The notes: generated by a model from the letters alone, not told the origin. A stretch of 63,350 nt of DNA, filler included, from Octopus bimaculoides (GCF_001194135.2; 5 parts of 5 records of this genome joined end to end with filler, not necessarily neighbours in it); one strand, 5' to 3'. Positions 26,350-39,745 are shown, numbered from the whole stretch's first letter. Made by a program: numbers and translations.

Positions 26350-26960
26350 AATTCCAAAACCTAAATAGGAAGACAAGAAAAATATTGACTGCTAAGAACA
26401 CGCACCACTCAAAGGCATACATTGACCTAGGAACGTCTTAACGTACCTAGAAGCAGCAGGGGAAGAAGAATGATTTAGGTATGACTGTGCTATAAGGCCT
26501 CCATTATAGAAATATATAAACACTATAAAATTGGCACTCCTACTAACTGGTATAGACAGTATTCTGAGCTAGTCATTAAAACTTAAAACGTCACTATCCT
26601 CTGGGATTTTCCAGTCAACACCGACAGAACGATCCAGACTACTGAACCAGACATGATTATTAAAGACCGAGGAAAATACTGATAGATTAATAGATGTAAA
26701 TGTTGCCTCTTATAAAAATATCTCTGTAAAAGAATTAGACAAACTTAGTTAATACGAGGAGCTGAGAATTGAAATACAAGTGATGTAAAATCTTAAAGCA
26801 AAAACTGTTCCTGTTATTGTAGGTGCCCTAGGTATGGTTAAAAAAAAGAGGATGTCAGAAAACATCTAGACAACACCCCAGAATAACTGTTTCAAACAAA
26901 TTCAAGAGATTGTGATAACAAGTACTGCATGTATCCTTAGAAAAATCCAATAAATTTAAA
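26350..26960 (+). mobile_element. Degraded R4/Dong-like RLE fragment
   Basis: Decayed WDF..TDRTI...PDMII..IDV...KTVPVIVGALGM...TACILRK. A short duplicate of its TVPVIVGALGM segment lies at about 27530-27575. Confidence 0.7.
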
Positions 26961-29214
26961 GGTTTGTGTAGTATTATATGGAGGTATTTCGCTACTGACG
27001 CCGCCACTTCTCCCCAAGCTTTCAGTTATACGGTAACATCTCTTAACCTTCACTTGCCCGAGGGAGCTAGTTGTATCTCGGCAAGTGATTGCAACAAACA
27101 TGCGGATTAAAAGTAAATAATAATGATAATAATAATAATAATAATAATGATAATAATAATTGGAAGTGTTATCATGTGCATTGCTTTGTCTTGGTATAAA
27201 AGATAGATGGGTTACAGCAAATATTCTGCTCAATACCACAGATTTGCTTGTCAGTTGCTTGACCTTAACTAGTTGAGCATGTCCCTTAGTGGCTGACGAT
27301 ATGTGCATCTCTGATCACGTGCAGAAGTAGTGGGGGAGCATCATAGCCATGTGTTGAGAGGAATTATTTAGGGCTTGGATAATTCACCTCTGGAAATATG
27401 GCTGTTTTGTTCATCATCCTTAAACAACCCTTATTCAGGGGCCTTTTGAGCGGGTGGGCTACTCGATCTGAAGAAAAGGGCCCCACTTGCAAGGTCATGC
27501 GCTGTTTATCTTGATATGAAATCACTATGTCCTGTTATTGTAGGTGCCCTAGGCATGTTAAGAAAGGGATGTCAGAGACCATTGATGTGATCATTAACGA
27601 CATTCTGTTATGTGAACGACCCTATTGCCGATAAAATTATTCTCCCGAGCATTGAAATTGTTTTACTCATTCTAAAAGCTACACAAGGAATGTGCGCAGC
27701 TTTTAACCGAGAGAACCTGCCCAAGATGAATTCAAGTTTGTATCATTTATATAACATTCAGCATAACTATTCGATCATTCTTCTAGATATCAAATGTACG
27801 TCTAGGAGCAAAACAATGTAAGGAAAAAGAGACAAAAGCCTATTGTTGCTTACTGACGTAAAGTCAAGGTGTTCTACGGTGCTCTATGTTTCTGCATGCT
27901 TGTAATTGTTTGATTACTTGTATAGGTTTTTTTTTCTATTAAGCATTGAAATCTACAATTGGAAAAAACAAACAAACACCTTTAATGCTACTGCGCATTA
28001 GACTAAGTTATTCGATAAGCTTTAGCTTTAAAAAACGTGATCAGAAAAAAAAAAAAAGAAGACGAAAAAGAAGATAAAAAGAAAACTCTGAAGTAAAATA
28101 ATATAAAATAAATTTATTTAAATTTTAAAAGAATAAATCACAAGTGGGCTAGTGATTTGTCGCAANNNNNNNNNNNNNNNNNNNNNNNNNNNNNNNNNNN
28201 NNNNNNNNNNNNNNNNNNNNNNNNNNNNNNNNNNNNNNNNNNNNNNNNNNNNNNNNNNNNNNNNNNNNNNNNNNNNNNNNNNNNNNNNNNNNNNNNNNNN
28301 NNNNNNNNNNNNNNNNNNNNNNNNNNNNNNNNNNNNNNNNNNNNNNNNNNNNNNNNNNNNNNNNNNNNNNNNNNNNNNNNNNNNNNNNNNNNNNNNNNNN
28401 NNNNNNNNNNNNNNNNNNNNNNNNNNNNNNNNNNNNNNNNNNNNNNNNNNNNNNNNNNNNNNNNNNNNNNNNNNNNNNNNNNNNNNNNNNNNNNNNNNNN
28501 NNNNNNNNNNNNNNNNNNNNNNNNNNNNNNNNNNNNNNNNNNNNNNNNNNNNNNNNNNNNNNNNNNNNNNNNNNNNNNNNNNNNNNNNNNNNNNNNNNNN
28601 NNNNNNNNNNNNNNNNNNNNNNNNNNNNNNNNNNNNNNNNNNNNNNNNNNNNNNNNNNNNNNNNNNNNNNNNNNNNNNNNNNNNNNNNNNNNNNNNNNNN
28701 NNNNNNNNNNNNNNNNNNNNNNNNNNNNNNNNNNNNNNNNNNNNNNNNNNNNNNNNNNNNNNNNNNNNNNNNNNNNNNNNNNNNNNNNNNNNNNNNNNNN
28801 NNNNNNNNNNNNNNNNNNNNNNNNNNNNNNNNNNNNNNNNNNNNNNNNNNNNNNNNNNNNNNNNNNNNNNNNNNNNNNNNNNNNNNNNNNNNNNNNNNNN
28901 NNNNNNNNNNNNNNNNNNNNNNNNNNNNNNNNNNNNNNNNNNNNNNNNNNNNNNNNNNNNNNNNNNNNNNNNNNNNNNNNNNNNNNNNNNNNNNNNNNNN
29001 NNNNNNNNNNNNNNNNNNNNNNNNNNNNNNNNNNNNNNNNNNNNNNNNNNNNNNNNNNNNNNNNNNNNNNNNNNNNNNNNNNNNNNNNNNNNNNNNNNNN
29101 NNNNNNNNNNNNNNNNNNNNNNNNNNNNNNNNNNNNNNNNNAGAAACCGGGAAACCGGGCCCATGAGCCTGGCTAGGCTTGAAAAGGGCGCATAAATAAA
29201 TAAATAAATAAATA

Positions 29215-29252
<38 letters not shown>

Positions 29253-29737
29253 CTATTTTATAGATATTCTTATTAATTAACAATACTCGTAGACAGGCTA
29301 GAATCGAAGTGCTCAAATTGAGCTAAGTTCTAATTATTATATAATAAGAGGAGAGATATAATATCCAGGTAGATACCGAATTTCTCTTAGTGTAATACTA
29401 AGGGTGGTTCCTTCAGATGGTGCATGTTTTGGTAAACTTCCTTTAGCTCCCATCCGATGTTACACTTTATTTCTTGACTACTTAGAGTGTAAAGTACAGT
29501 ATTGATAATGTTATTGATAATAACATTAAAACTTCTTGTTTATTCCTAGTTAGTTTATTCATAATAACTGTCCGGCAACAGTATACAGTTAATGCGATCG
29601 AAACACGTGTCACACAATTATTATGAATAAACTAACTGGAAATAAACAAGAAGTTTGAATGTTCAAATTCTTTTCTCCTTATTATCAATATGTGTGTGTG
29701 TGTTTGTGTGTGTGTGTGTATGCATATATACAGAGAG

Positions 29738-29785
<48 letters not shown>

Positions 29786-31387
29786 AGAGAAAGAGAGAGA
29801 GATGCATAGATACAAATATACATACATCCATGTGTGTATAAGTATATATACATACATATATACATATACGCAAACTTATGCCGGGAGTGAGAAAGACTGA
29901 ATACTTATGCACACACATACACACATGCATGTATATTTATGTAAGAATGTATTCCATACATGTGAATGCGTGTGTGTGTGTGAGCGGGGGGGGGGGTTAT
30001 TGAGTGTAATATGTATCATCTGTCGTTCTATAGGTCTACCAATATATGTAGGTGTCAGTACAAACGAAAAAAGAAAAATGAAAAAGAAATGCAAGAAATA
30101 TACCAAAACATACTGATGCCTATAATCCCTGTTGCTTTAAGTCGCATTAATGCATAGAATAGTCATAATCAACTGAATATTTTTTACCTGCATAAAATCG
30201 ATTCGTTTTGAACTTGACAGTAAAATCATTGAGATTCTTATTTTTGTTGTTGTCATTTCTGAACAATAATATATTGTTCTAGTTAGATCAATATATCATC
30301 AAATTATCATCAAATAAAATTTACCTGCTCAATATATCATCAAATGAAAAATTATCATCAAATGAAAATTTACCTGTTCACAGTTATTGTTTGAAATATC
30401 AAAGTATTAAAACTATATATCCACAAACGTTATATACTCCTGTTTTAACACCAATACGCTTTGATAATAACACATGTTCACACTTTTATCAATATATGTA
30501 TTGTTTTGACACCAACATATGTTTATATTCTTATCAATACATCTATTGATTTCTTCTGATGTGCTTCTAAATAATTCATTTTCTTTCTCTTAATGAACTT
30601 CGAAATGCATAATTGTCATATTCGTTTTTAAAATCCGAATGGTTGGTTTGCGCACTCAGTCAACCATTGCGACACAATTTGAATTAGTTTGCAAATCATT
30701 AAGCTCCTCATCAAGAATTATATGAATATTAAATGGGAAGGACTTTAATTCCACATTACAACGTAATAAAACACTGCTAAACTATACAGTGCTCACATTC
30801 GTTACAATGGTCTGTGAATGAGGCTAGGTTTAAGGTTCGAATCTAGTCAGCGACCATGTACATATCCAGGAGTAGGATACCTGATGATGATCGAAGGTGT
30901 AACCATCGAGACTATAAATATAGATATTGTAAATATACAGAGTAAAGATGGGCTTAAAAGTTTGGATAATTATTATAATCTTATTTATGTTGATTGTTGA
31001 AGTGTTATATGGTCCGACAGTCATGGTCTTCATTGATTACTGATGGTTGAAACATCTTAGGGCCACAAATGGTGCTCCCTTTTTTGCGATAGTATTATAT
31101 CTTTGCAACAGTGAAATACCGCCACTTCCGTAGCTTCAATCGCACGTAACGAGCACTAGCGAGAGTAACCGTTGTGCTTCTCTGGTTCCCTGACGGACGT
31201 GTCCTCTGAAGAGGACTTACACTGGTGAAGTCTTTGTCTTCGTTGACCATCTATCAACAAATATGAACACTTTAGGCTGTTTTTTTTTTCCTTATTTCTT
31301 TGTATTTTCCTTCCTTCCTTCTTCCCTTCATTCCTCCCTTCCTTTTTTCCTTCCCTTATTTATTTATTCATTTATTTATTCATTTAT

Positions 31388-31418
<31 letters not shown>

Positions 31419-31591
31419 TGGCAGCTGCTTCGTAGTTGTCAAATTTGAGGAACGAACTATCATCGTTACATTGACTGGATTTCATGCTTAAAAACTATAA
31501 AGCTAACTGAGGGAAGAACTGATACATGGTCTTCTGACTTGCTAGAAACAATAGCCAAATTTTTCTCAAATCACACTTTACTTTGTAAAGA

Positions 31592-31685
<94 letters not shown>

Positions 31686-31832
31686 ACAACATCAACAGGT
31701 TAACCAGAGTGCTGGTCGAAGTTCTATGAATACTGTAATACTGTGGCTATCAAAATTGTCTTCTGATACTGAGTGTGGAGGCTTAATGTTACTTAATGTT
31801 CCTGCTAAGAAATATTCAACACAACATATATC

Positions 31833-31913
<81 letters not shown>

Positions 31914-32265
31914 NNNNNNNNNNNNNNNNNNNNNNNNNNNNNNNNNNNNNNNNNNNNTTAATTAATTAANNNNNNNNNNNNNNNNNNNNNNNNNNNNNNN
32001 NNNNNNNNNNNNNAACACACACACACACACACACATGTATATAAATGTAGGGATAAGCAAGTTAGACAGATGAATATGTAAATTTTTACTATATTAATAC
32101 ATAAGATGCCTTCATTTATAGAATAAAACTTTATATATTGATCTAACTTGTTTATCTCTACATTTACACTCACTCAAGTTTAATTCTCTAGAACACTATT
32201 AAGTGTATTCTATACAGAGAATATCTTATAAGCTTCTATGAACTATATATATATATATATATATA

Positions 32266-32426
32266 TATAGGAGAAGAAATGGATATAATAACAATGGGAA
32301 ACTCTTGGTTTTCGCTGGTATGTCTTTAATTAAATAGATAACAAAGGAGGAAGAAGCAGAATTAGAGATATACCAGCAAAAACCAAGAGTTTTCCATTGT
32401 TATTATATCCATTTTCTTCTCCTATA
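32266..32426. repeat. Foldback inverted repeat, about 66-bp arms
   Basis: Arms 32266-32331 and 32360-32426, about 5 differences by eye. Confidence 0.9.
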
Positions 32427-32571
32427 TAACCTAAACTCCAGTTTACCAACCGAACCACCTGCTAGTGTACAACCGTACAAAAGACTGTACCTACCCAACT
32501 AATTGCCAGGAGCGTCTCTAGATTTAATTATCCTTTAGAGGTAATAAACCCCTCTAACTGATACCTACACT

Positions 32572-32638
<67 letters not shown>

Positions 32639-32732
32639 AAAATATGATAAAATCTTTATAAGAATTTATCAAGTAGTCAGCGTGAAAAACCTTATAAGGG
32701 AAAAAATTTTAATTATTCTCTTTAAATATATT

Positions 32733-32963
32733 TATTTATATTAAGGGCATTACTATACATAAATGCCTCATGCTAGGAGGGACTCTTAAAGTCAAAACTA
32801 CCATAATAAATACAGTGTACCGAACACGAGGGAATACTACTCTCGAAGCGAGAGAGTTACATTCCCTTGCATTCGGTACACTATTTATTATGGTAGTTTT
32901 GACTTTAAGAGTCCTCTCATAGCGTGAGGCATTTATGTATAGTAAATGCCCTTAGTATAAATA
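32733..32963. repeat. Foldback inverted repeat, about 90-bp arms with nested inner stems
   Basis: Arms 32733-32824 and 32872-32963; spacer contains GGGAAT/ATTCCC and CTCTCG/CGAGAG stems. Confidence 0.9.
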
Positions 32964-33149
32964 TAGATATGTATTTGTGTGTGTCTGTGTGTGTGTGTGT
33001 GTATTAGGGGTACTATAATGTCATAGTTTCAAGTAAAGACTCTGACATCATACCACAAATAGTTCACCAGCCAATTAAAAGTGTCCTTGCAATCAATTAA
33101 TCAGCATAGAGATAATGACCAAAACTTAATGTAGACATAGTCTGTGTAT

Positions 33150-34345
33150 GTATTATGCTCCATCTGGGAGATCATAAAAGAAAAAGGCTTTTAGTGACCT
33201 GCGTATTTAACATTGCAAGCTTTTACAAATTTCATAAGAGCGACAAAACAACATGTACAATGGAAAACATATGGTGTGAGTGCTCAGAAATGCCAAAGGT
33301 GATTTAACAAATTAAAAAATGGTGATTTCGATCATTTGGATGGGTATCAATCAGGTGGACCAACTGTTCTCAATATTGACATAATGAAAATAACAGTTGA
33401 AGAGAATTTACATTAAAGTATTGGGGACTTATCACAGAGGTTTAAAAAAACCTTGGTCCAATGTGCAAGATCATCTCAAGCAGATGGAGATAGAGAAGTG
33501 AAGTGGGTACCTCATGAGCTGTCCCATGAGAATAAAGAAGTACATTCAATAATTTGCGACAAGTTACATACCAGGAATGAACAAACACCTTTACTTAATC
33601 AAATTGTAAGGGGTGATAAATGGACAGCCTATGCCAACAATAAGCACAAGAAGCCATGGCTATTGCCAAATGAAAATACAGTTCCAACACCCAAACCAGA
33701 TCTACACCCAGAGAAGATTTTACTGAGCATCACCACAGAAAAGGGAATAGCATCACCACAGAATTTTATTGTCTAAACTTAAATAAGTGTAGCTGTACAG
33801 TTAGAAGCTTGCTTGCCAACCACATGGATCCAGGTTCAGTCCCACTGCATAACACCTTGGGAAAGTGTCTTCTATTATAGCCTCGGGCCAACCAAAGCCT
33901 TGTAAGTGGATTTGGTAGATGGAAACTGAAAGAAACCCACCGTGCGTGTGTATGTGTGCGCGTGCGAGCACATGTATGCATGTGTGTGAATATGTGTGTC
34001 TTTGTATTTGTCCCCACCGCTGCTTGACAGCCAGTGTTGGTGTGTTTACATCCCCAAAACTTAGCAGCTCAGCAAAAGAGACTGACAAAATAAGTAGCAG
34101 GCTTAAAAGAAAATAAGATTAGTACAGGGGTTGACTCATTCAACTAAAAACTTTTCAAAGCAGTGCTCCAGCATGGCCACACTCTAACAACTGAAACAAG
34201 TAAAAACATAAAAGGTATCAATCAAGCTTTGCTAAAAAAAAGCAACCAGCTCTTGTCAATAGAAAAGGACTAATCCTGCAACAGGATAAAGCAAGGCCAC
34301 ATCCAGTAAAAATAACCCAAGGAAAGATAAATTCATTTGGCTGCG
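33150..34345 (+). mobile_element. Degraded mariner transposase split by a SINE insertion
   Basis: WVPHEL, PTPKPDLHPEKILL, then after the SINE (33783-34210) a segment like QPALVNRKGLILQQDKARPH. Confidence 0.85.
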
Positions 34346-35258
34346 ATGCTGATGCCTCTAGAACAGCGTTTCTCAATCAGGATTCCCCAGAACTCTAGGG
34401 TTCTGCAAAAGGTTCCTCGGGGGGTCCGCGAGAAAGAGTGAGATAAGCTAATGTTAAGGAATTGGAAAACTGGTTTTTGAGGAGGGAAAATGTGCCATGC
34501 AGTGGGACTGAACCTGGAACCATGTAGTCAGATAGCAAGCTTCTTACCACACAACCATGTCTGAACCTAAGGAAACAGGCCAGCCACCGGATGCCAAAAT
34601 ACAGGTAAGTTTTTATCAGACAGGAACCCACATTTCTGTACCATTACATTGCTCCCATCCACCAGCATTCTGTCATAGGTAACACCCTACTTCTGTACTA
34701 CGGGTAACATTCCTCCTTATTATACTACTGAGTTACCATCATATTTAAATAATAGTCCCAAATAATAGAACAAAAAATAACAAACCTAGAAGCGAAAGAA
34801 ATTACCCATTGGGTAACGAGTTTATATTAAATGACAACCAATGTAATTAGGTGGATTGAAACTATTAAAGGCAACCACACAATTACTTCAGAAGAAAGAA
34901 AAGATTAAAAAGTTAGCCGCAAAGTTAATTTAAATGTCAGGCAGGGTGCGACCCATTTCTTTCTTGTTTAAAAAACCCATTACTGGCTAATGAAGTGAAA
35001 TAAATGAGTTTTAGAAAACAGATAGAACTCTTTTTCACCAAGCAGTGTTTCCTTAATTAAGAAACAAAATATTGCAGACAGATCACCTTCCTCTCACATT
35101 TCATCTAATTTGTTAGAATAAATTAATGCCTGGGCAATTAGAAAGCATGAAGAAATTAGAAAAAAGGCTTGGAATTATCAAGTATCAAGTTTCTTTATAA
35201 TAATAATAATAGAAAAGAACAGATAGCATGGTACTGTAGGCTGCAAGTAGCAAGCCTG

Positions 35259-35293
35259 CTATGCATGCAAGACTCCAGAAGTTCCAATAAAAC
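35259..35293 (-). CDS. Candidate terminal coding exon (GFIGTSGVLHA*) of the MYCBPAP-like gene
   Basis: Strong-looking acceptor (ctttctttttatctcAG); phase 1 compatible, followed by TAG. No homology support, and the pyrimidine tract may be simple repeat. Confidence 0.2.
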
Positions 35294-35318
35294 CTGAGAT
35301 AAAAAGAAAGAAAGAAAG

Positions 35319-35451
<133 letters not shown>

Positions 35452-35671
35452 CCTTTCTACTATAGGTACAAGGCCTGAAATTTTGTGGGAGGAGCATAGT
35501 TCATTACACTGACCCCAGTGCATCACAGGTACTTATTTTATTGACCCCCAAAAGGATGAAAGGCAAAGTCAACCTTAGAAGAATTTGAACTTAAAATTTA
35601 AAAACAGACGAAATACTGTTAGCCACAAGGGCTCATATGCAAATTATTTAACAAATTATACAAAAGGGTAA

Positions 35672-35968
35672 TACAGTTTTATATTTAAGAGATGAGGAAT
35701 TACATACATTATTTACATTATTCACAATTGACGTATATTTGTCCTCATCCTGTTTGTTGTTAACACAACGTTTCGGCTGATATACCCTCCAGCCTTCATC
35801 AGGTGTCTTGGGGGAAATTTCGAACCTGGGTTCTCATTCCTAAGGTATTTTTCGATGTTGCTGTTATTATCATTATTATTATTATTATTATTATTATCCA
35901 GGTCACTGCCCGGAATCGAACACAGAATCTTGGGGTTAGTAGCCTGCACTCTTAACCACTACGCCATA
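35672..35968 (-). mobile_element. SINE-like element: tRNA-like head, (AAT)n, hammerhead-bearing tail
   Basis: A box TGGCGTAGTGG (35956-35966), B box GTTCGATTCC (35912-35921). The same head, tail and 3' end (...CTCATCTCTTAAATATA(A/G)AACTG) recur at 61421-61903. Confidence 0.75.
35762..35807 (-). ncRNA. Minimal type I hammerhead-like motif within a tRNA-headed repeat
   Basis: GACAC-CTGATGA-A-GGCTG-gagggtatat-CAGCC-GAAACGTT^GTGTT. Helices I and II pair; helix III is only the ACGT palindrome. Extra A after A9; GUU triplet. Confidence 0.6.
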
Positions 35969-35974
35969 GGCCCA

Positions 35975-36570
35975 CGAGCATATGACGAGCAGTTGAAGCA
36001 ACGGAAGCATGGCAACTCACCACCTCCAAAAAAAGCTCGTGTTCAACCCTCAGCAGGCCAGGTGATGCTCACAATTTTTGGGGACCATCGTGGAATAATG
36101 ACGACAAATTTTCTGGCAAACAGCACCGCAATTAACAGGGCATATTATGCTTCTCTGCTGCAGAAATTGCAGGATGCCATCAAAGCAGAGAGGTGTGGCA
36201 TGCTGACCAAAGGAGTTCACCTCCTCCAAAACAACACCCCAGTTCACAATGTACATGTTGCCCAGATGCAAGCACACTCCTGTGGCTATGAAATCCTTCC
36301 TCATCTCCCTTGCTCTCCCAGCCTTGCTCTCCCAGCCTTGCTCTCCCAGCCTTTTTTGAAGGGGAAGCATTTTTCAGATGATGATGAACTTATTTCCGAG
36401 GTAAAGTCTTGGCTCCAGACACAACCTGCTGACTTTTCTACACACAAAGTCTTCACAGCTGCATAAAGCAATGGGGGAAGTGTGTCACCAATGGTGGTAG
36501 CTATGTGGAGAAGGACTAATAATTATGTCAAATTTTGTTTGTCCCAGTCTTTGGGAAGTGGGTCAGTGGA
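35975..36570 (+). mobile_element. Mariner transposase 3' fragment (second family)
   Basis: SPPPKKARVQPSAGQVMLTIF...LLQNNTPVH..YEILPHLPCSP..LKGKHFSDDDELISEVKSWL. Confidence 0.88.
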
Positions 36571-37044
36571 AATCTTCAATAAACAATTACTGCCAATTAC
36601 TTTACGAGACATAAAAATTAAAATTAGAAAATTATAAATTCATTATAAAAATGATAAAAATATGTGCAACACTAATGTGAACCATTTCTCACTATGTAAC
36701 AATGTGTTGATGTATGCACAAGGAGTTATAGCACCAGCCACACTACAAAACCAATTATTAAAGGAATTATTATTATTAAGGTGGAAAGCTGACAGAATCA
36801 TTAGCACACCAGGTGAAATGCTTAGCAACCTTTCGTCCGGCTTAACATTTTGAGTTCAAATTCCACCTAGGTCAACTTTGCCTTTCATTATTTCAGGGTC
36901 AATAAAATAGGTACCATTTGAGCACTAGGGTTGATGTAGTTGACTTAACCGTCCCCCAGAACTGCTGGCCTTGTGTCAAAATTTGAAATCATCATAATTA
37001 TTATTGTTATTATTATTATTGTTATTAACAATGAATATATATAC

Positions 37045-37106
37045 CTTGCCACATTGTATTTAACTGTTTGGTTAGCAAATTCATTCCATCCACTAGTAAA
37101 ATGTAT
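37045..37106 (-). CDS. MYCBPAP: MYCBPAP-like exon (YILLVDGMNLLTKQLNTMWQ)
   Basis: Long polypyrimidine tract ending ctttgcAG, donor GTatat. 62 nt, phase 2 to 1, in frame with the previous exon. Confidence 0.75.
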
Positions 37107-37475
37107 CTGCAAAGTGAAAGAGAGAAAGCAAAAGAGAGAGAGAGAGTGAAGTGATAGAGAGATGATATAGTAGACATATTGATATTTACATTTACATGCA
37201 CAGCCACACATTCTCATACACACACACACACACACACACACATACACACATATATGTACATATGTTTGTGTGTGGACAAGGAGCAGTACTACAGACAGCG
37301 AAAACAATGGTGGTCGGGTCATGATTGAAACTGTGACTGTATTGGTGACATACTACAGGCAGTTGGGTGGATAACGACATTAAGAAAGTTGCAGTTGGTA
37401 GGATGGTGGTGGTGGGGTGGGGTAACAGTTGACAACTAAACAACAACAAAAAAACGGCCAATGAAATATACTCAC

Positions 37476-37597
37476 ACATAATAATAGTGGTTGTTTCCCT
37501 TGTAGGTGTCCGTTGCAAATTGCATCTGATGTACAGATTCATCAACTTTGTAGAGAAAACATTCTTTCTCATCGCTGTCATCCATTGCATTAATGTA
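37476..37597 (-). CDS. MYCBPAP: MYCBPAP-like exon (YINAMDDSDEKECFLYKVDESVHQMQF...)
   Basis: Acceptor tttaatatctgcAG, donor GTgagt. 122 nt, phase 0 to 2. Fits recalled AVMVLPDENHREDALMRLNKAALEL. Confidence 0.82.
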
Positions 37598-38934
37598 CTG
37601 CAGATATTAAACGGTGGTGGTGTGGTGGTTGTGATGAAAATAACAGCAGTTGAAGACGTAGTGGTATTTGGCACCGTTCGAGGTGTTGGTGTGTTGGCAG
37701 CGGTGGTAGAGAAGCAAAGAATACAATATTAGTATGAATACACTGAAGGGTGGTAGATATCAGCAGAGATTGGCAAAATGGGCAAAATGGGCAAAATGGG
37801 CAAAACAGAGAGAGGTAAAAATATAGGGGCAAATTCGAGAGTGATTGGTGCTTTGTAACTATATGGTTTTGGTTAGCAGATTGGTAAAAGATACCGACAG
37901 AGTAAGTGCCAGACTTCAAAAATAAGTACTTGGATCAATTCATTCATCTAAACACTTTAAGGTGGTGCCCTAGCATGGCCACAGTCCAACGATTGAAAGA
38001 AGTAAAAGATAAAAGATGAAAAATTATAAAGACACAACCAGACATCCTCAGTTCTGCTTCTCAGGACAGAACTGGGACTGTCTTGTTTTATTTGTATTCC
38101 ATTTGTGACCATTCTGTCTTTTGTAAATCAAGGGCAATATTATCCAATGTGTCCTAATTTTTGCAGATTTGGCTGTTGTTTTTAACAGACCATGTATCTG
38201 TATAGAGACTTTGTTGTCTGCTTGTCTAAGAGATTATATATATAGTCAAGAGGAAACCTATGAAACTTTGAAGAAAGTAGCTATGAAAACAGGGGGTAAT
38301 TTTTTTTTTTTGTTGGTTTAAACCAGTGTTTCTAAATAATTTTTTTTTTACCTATAGATCCCTTTAATACCTATTTTACTTGGATGGCCCCTTCTAGCCA
38401 TTCGATGTTAAAAAAATTCTATTACATTTTTATAATTAAATATTAGGAATTGTATCATCATCATCATCATCATTATTTAACATCCATTTTCCATCCAGCA
38501 TAGGTTGGACAGTTTGACCCAAGTTGGCAAGCTGGGGGCTGCACCAGACTCTAGTATGATTTGGCATGGTCTCTATGCCCTTCTTAAAGCCAACCACTTT
38601 ACAGAGTGTACTGGATGCTTTTACATGGCACTGCACAGGTGCTTCTATGTGTTGCCACACGAATGCTGTATCACCACACAGGCAGTGTCACCACACGGGC
38701 ACTTTTATGTGTCACTGTACAGGCACTTTTACGTGACATCCCCATGAGTACTTTACACCACCGGAAGGATCGGTCTTAACATTTCTGCTGCAGGGTACAG
38801 GTCTTCTTGAGCATGGCCAGGCACCAGGTATCTTGGTCTTATGATCATGAACCCAATACCTGAACCACTGAGCCATGCACCTCCACAAACAAATGTTGAT
38901 GGGTGCTCATTGTATACATCTCAGGTGTACTTAC

Positions 38935-39048
38935 CTCTACAAGTTCATTCACAGAGTAATTCCAATGCTTTCCATTTTGCTCAGCATTTGGGAAAATAGA
39001 AGAATATATCGTTGCCAAGTTGGAAACAGCCTTGTAATCATAATTCAG
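38935..39048 (-). CDS. MYCBPAP: MYCBPAP-like exon (LNYDYKAVSNLATIY...WNYSVNELVE)
   Basis: Acceptor gttatattttcAG, donor GTaagt. 114 nt, phase 0 to 0. Matches recalled LHYEHQVVQSLHQLW...EWNLCLEDFRK. Confidence 0.87.
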
Positions 39049-39745
39049 CTGAAAATATAACAGGAAAGCATTGCAAACATCATATGTTGATTGTACAGAA
39101 AGTTTAAGAGAACATCCTAAACTTGCCTTACTATTGTAACTTGCCTTACTATATCAACAGTGATATACCTAGAGTGTATGCCGCCAGGGGGTGACCCTTC
39201 AGTTTGCCACCCCCAAGCCCCCATAAAAAATACATATTGCACAGTGACTATATCAATTATTGCATTTAATGGTAAGTAGTGTCCACGTCCTGATATTAAA
39301 ACCACTATCATTTGATCTCAATACAGCCTATACAGGTTCATGGCCAACAGCAGACTGCCCCCCCCATCCCCCTCTAGGAGAACGACGACGACAATGGTGG
39401 TGATGATGACGATGGTGATGACAACAGTGACAATGATGATGATGGTAATGACTACAGCAATAATAATGAAAGGAATCCAGTGATGTTGGTATCATCGAAA
39501 GGGTTGAGAGATAGTAAATCAAAGGAGCAGAGTACATACCAAATACACATAAGATAGGGTTCGACATATGATTTAATCTAATGAAAAAAAAATTCAAATT
39601 AGCTGGGATTATCTATGCAATTAGTAAACAAAAACTCCCCCACAGTGTGTTCAATATCTAAAATCTAAAAACAAGCAATGTGGATAATTCAGAAAATTCT
39701 GACAATACAATGGGAAAGGATCTTGTAACATTAAATAGTCCTTAC

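Noticed and set aside
29590-29625. GAAAC-ACGT-GTC, a hammerhead-like 3' half
   Set aside because: No CUGANGA or matching helix I/II strand upstream; at most a fragment.
35899-35968. tRNA gene at the A/B-box head (also 12670-12752 and 61575-61645)
   Set aside because: Acceptor and anticodon stems are broken and each head continues into a repeat body, so these are SINE heads.
37770-37805. (GGCAAAATG)x4, plus small duplications at about 30290-30380 and 39118-39155
   Set aside because: Short slippage repeats with nothing further to support a function.
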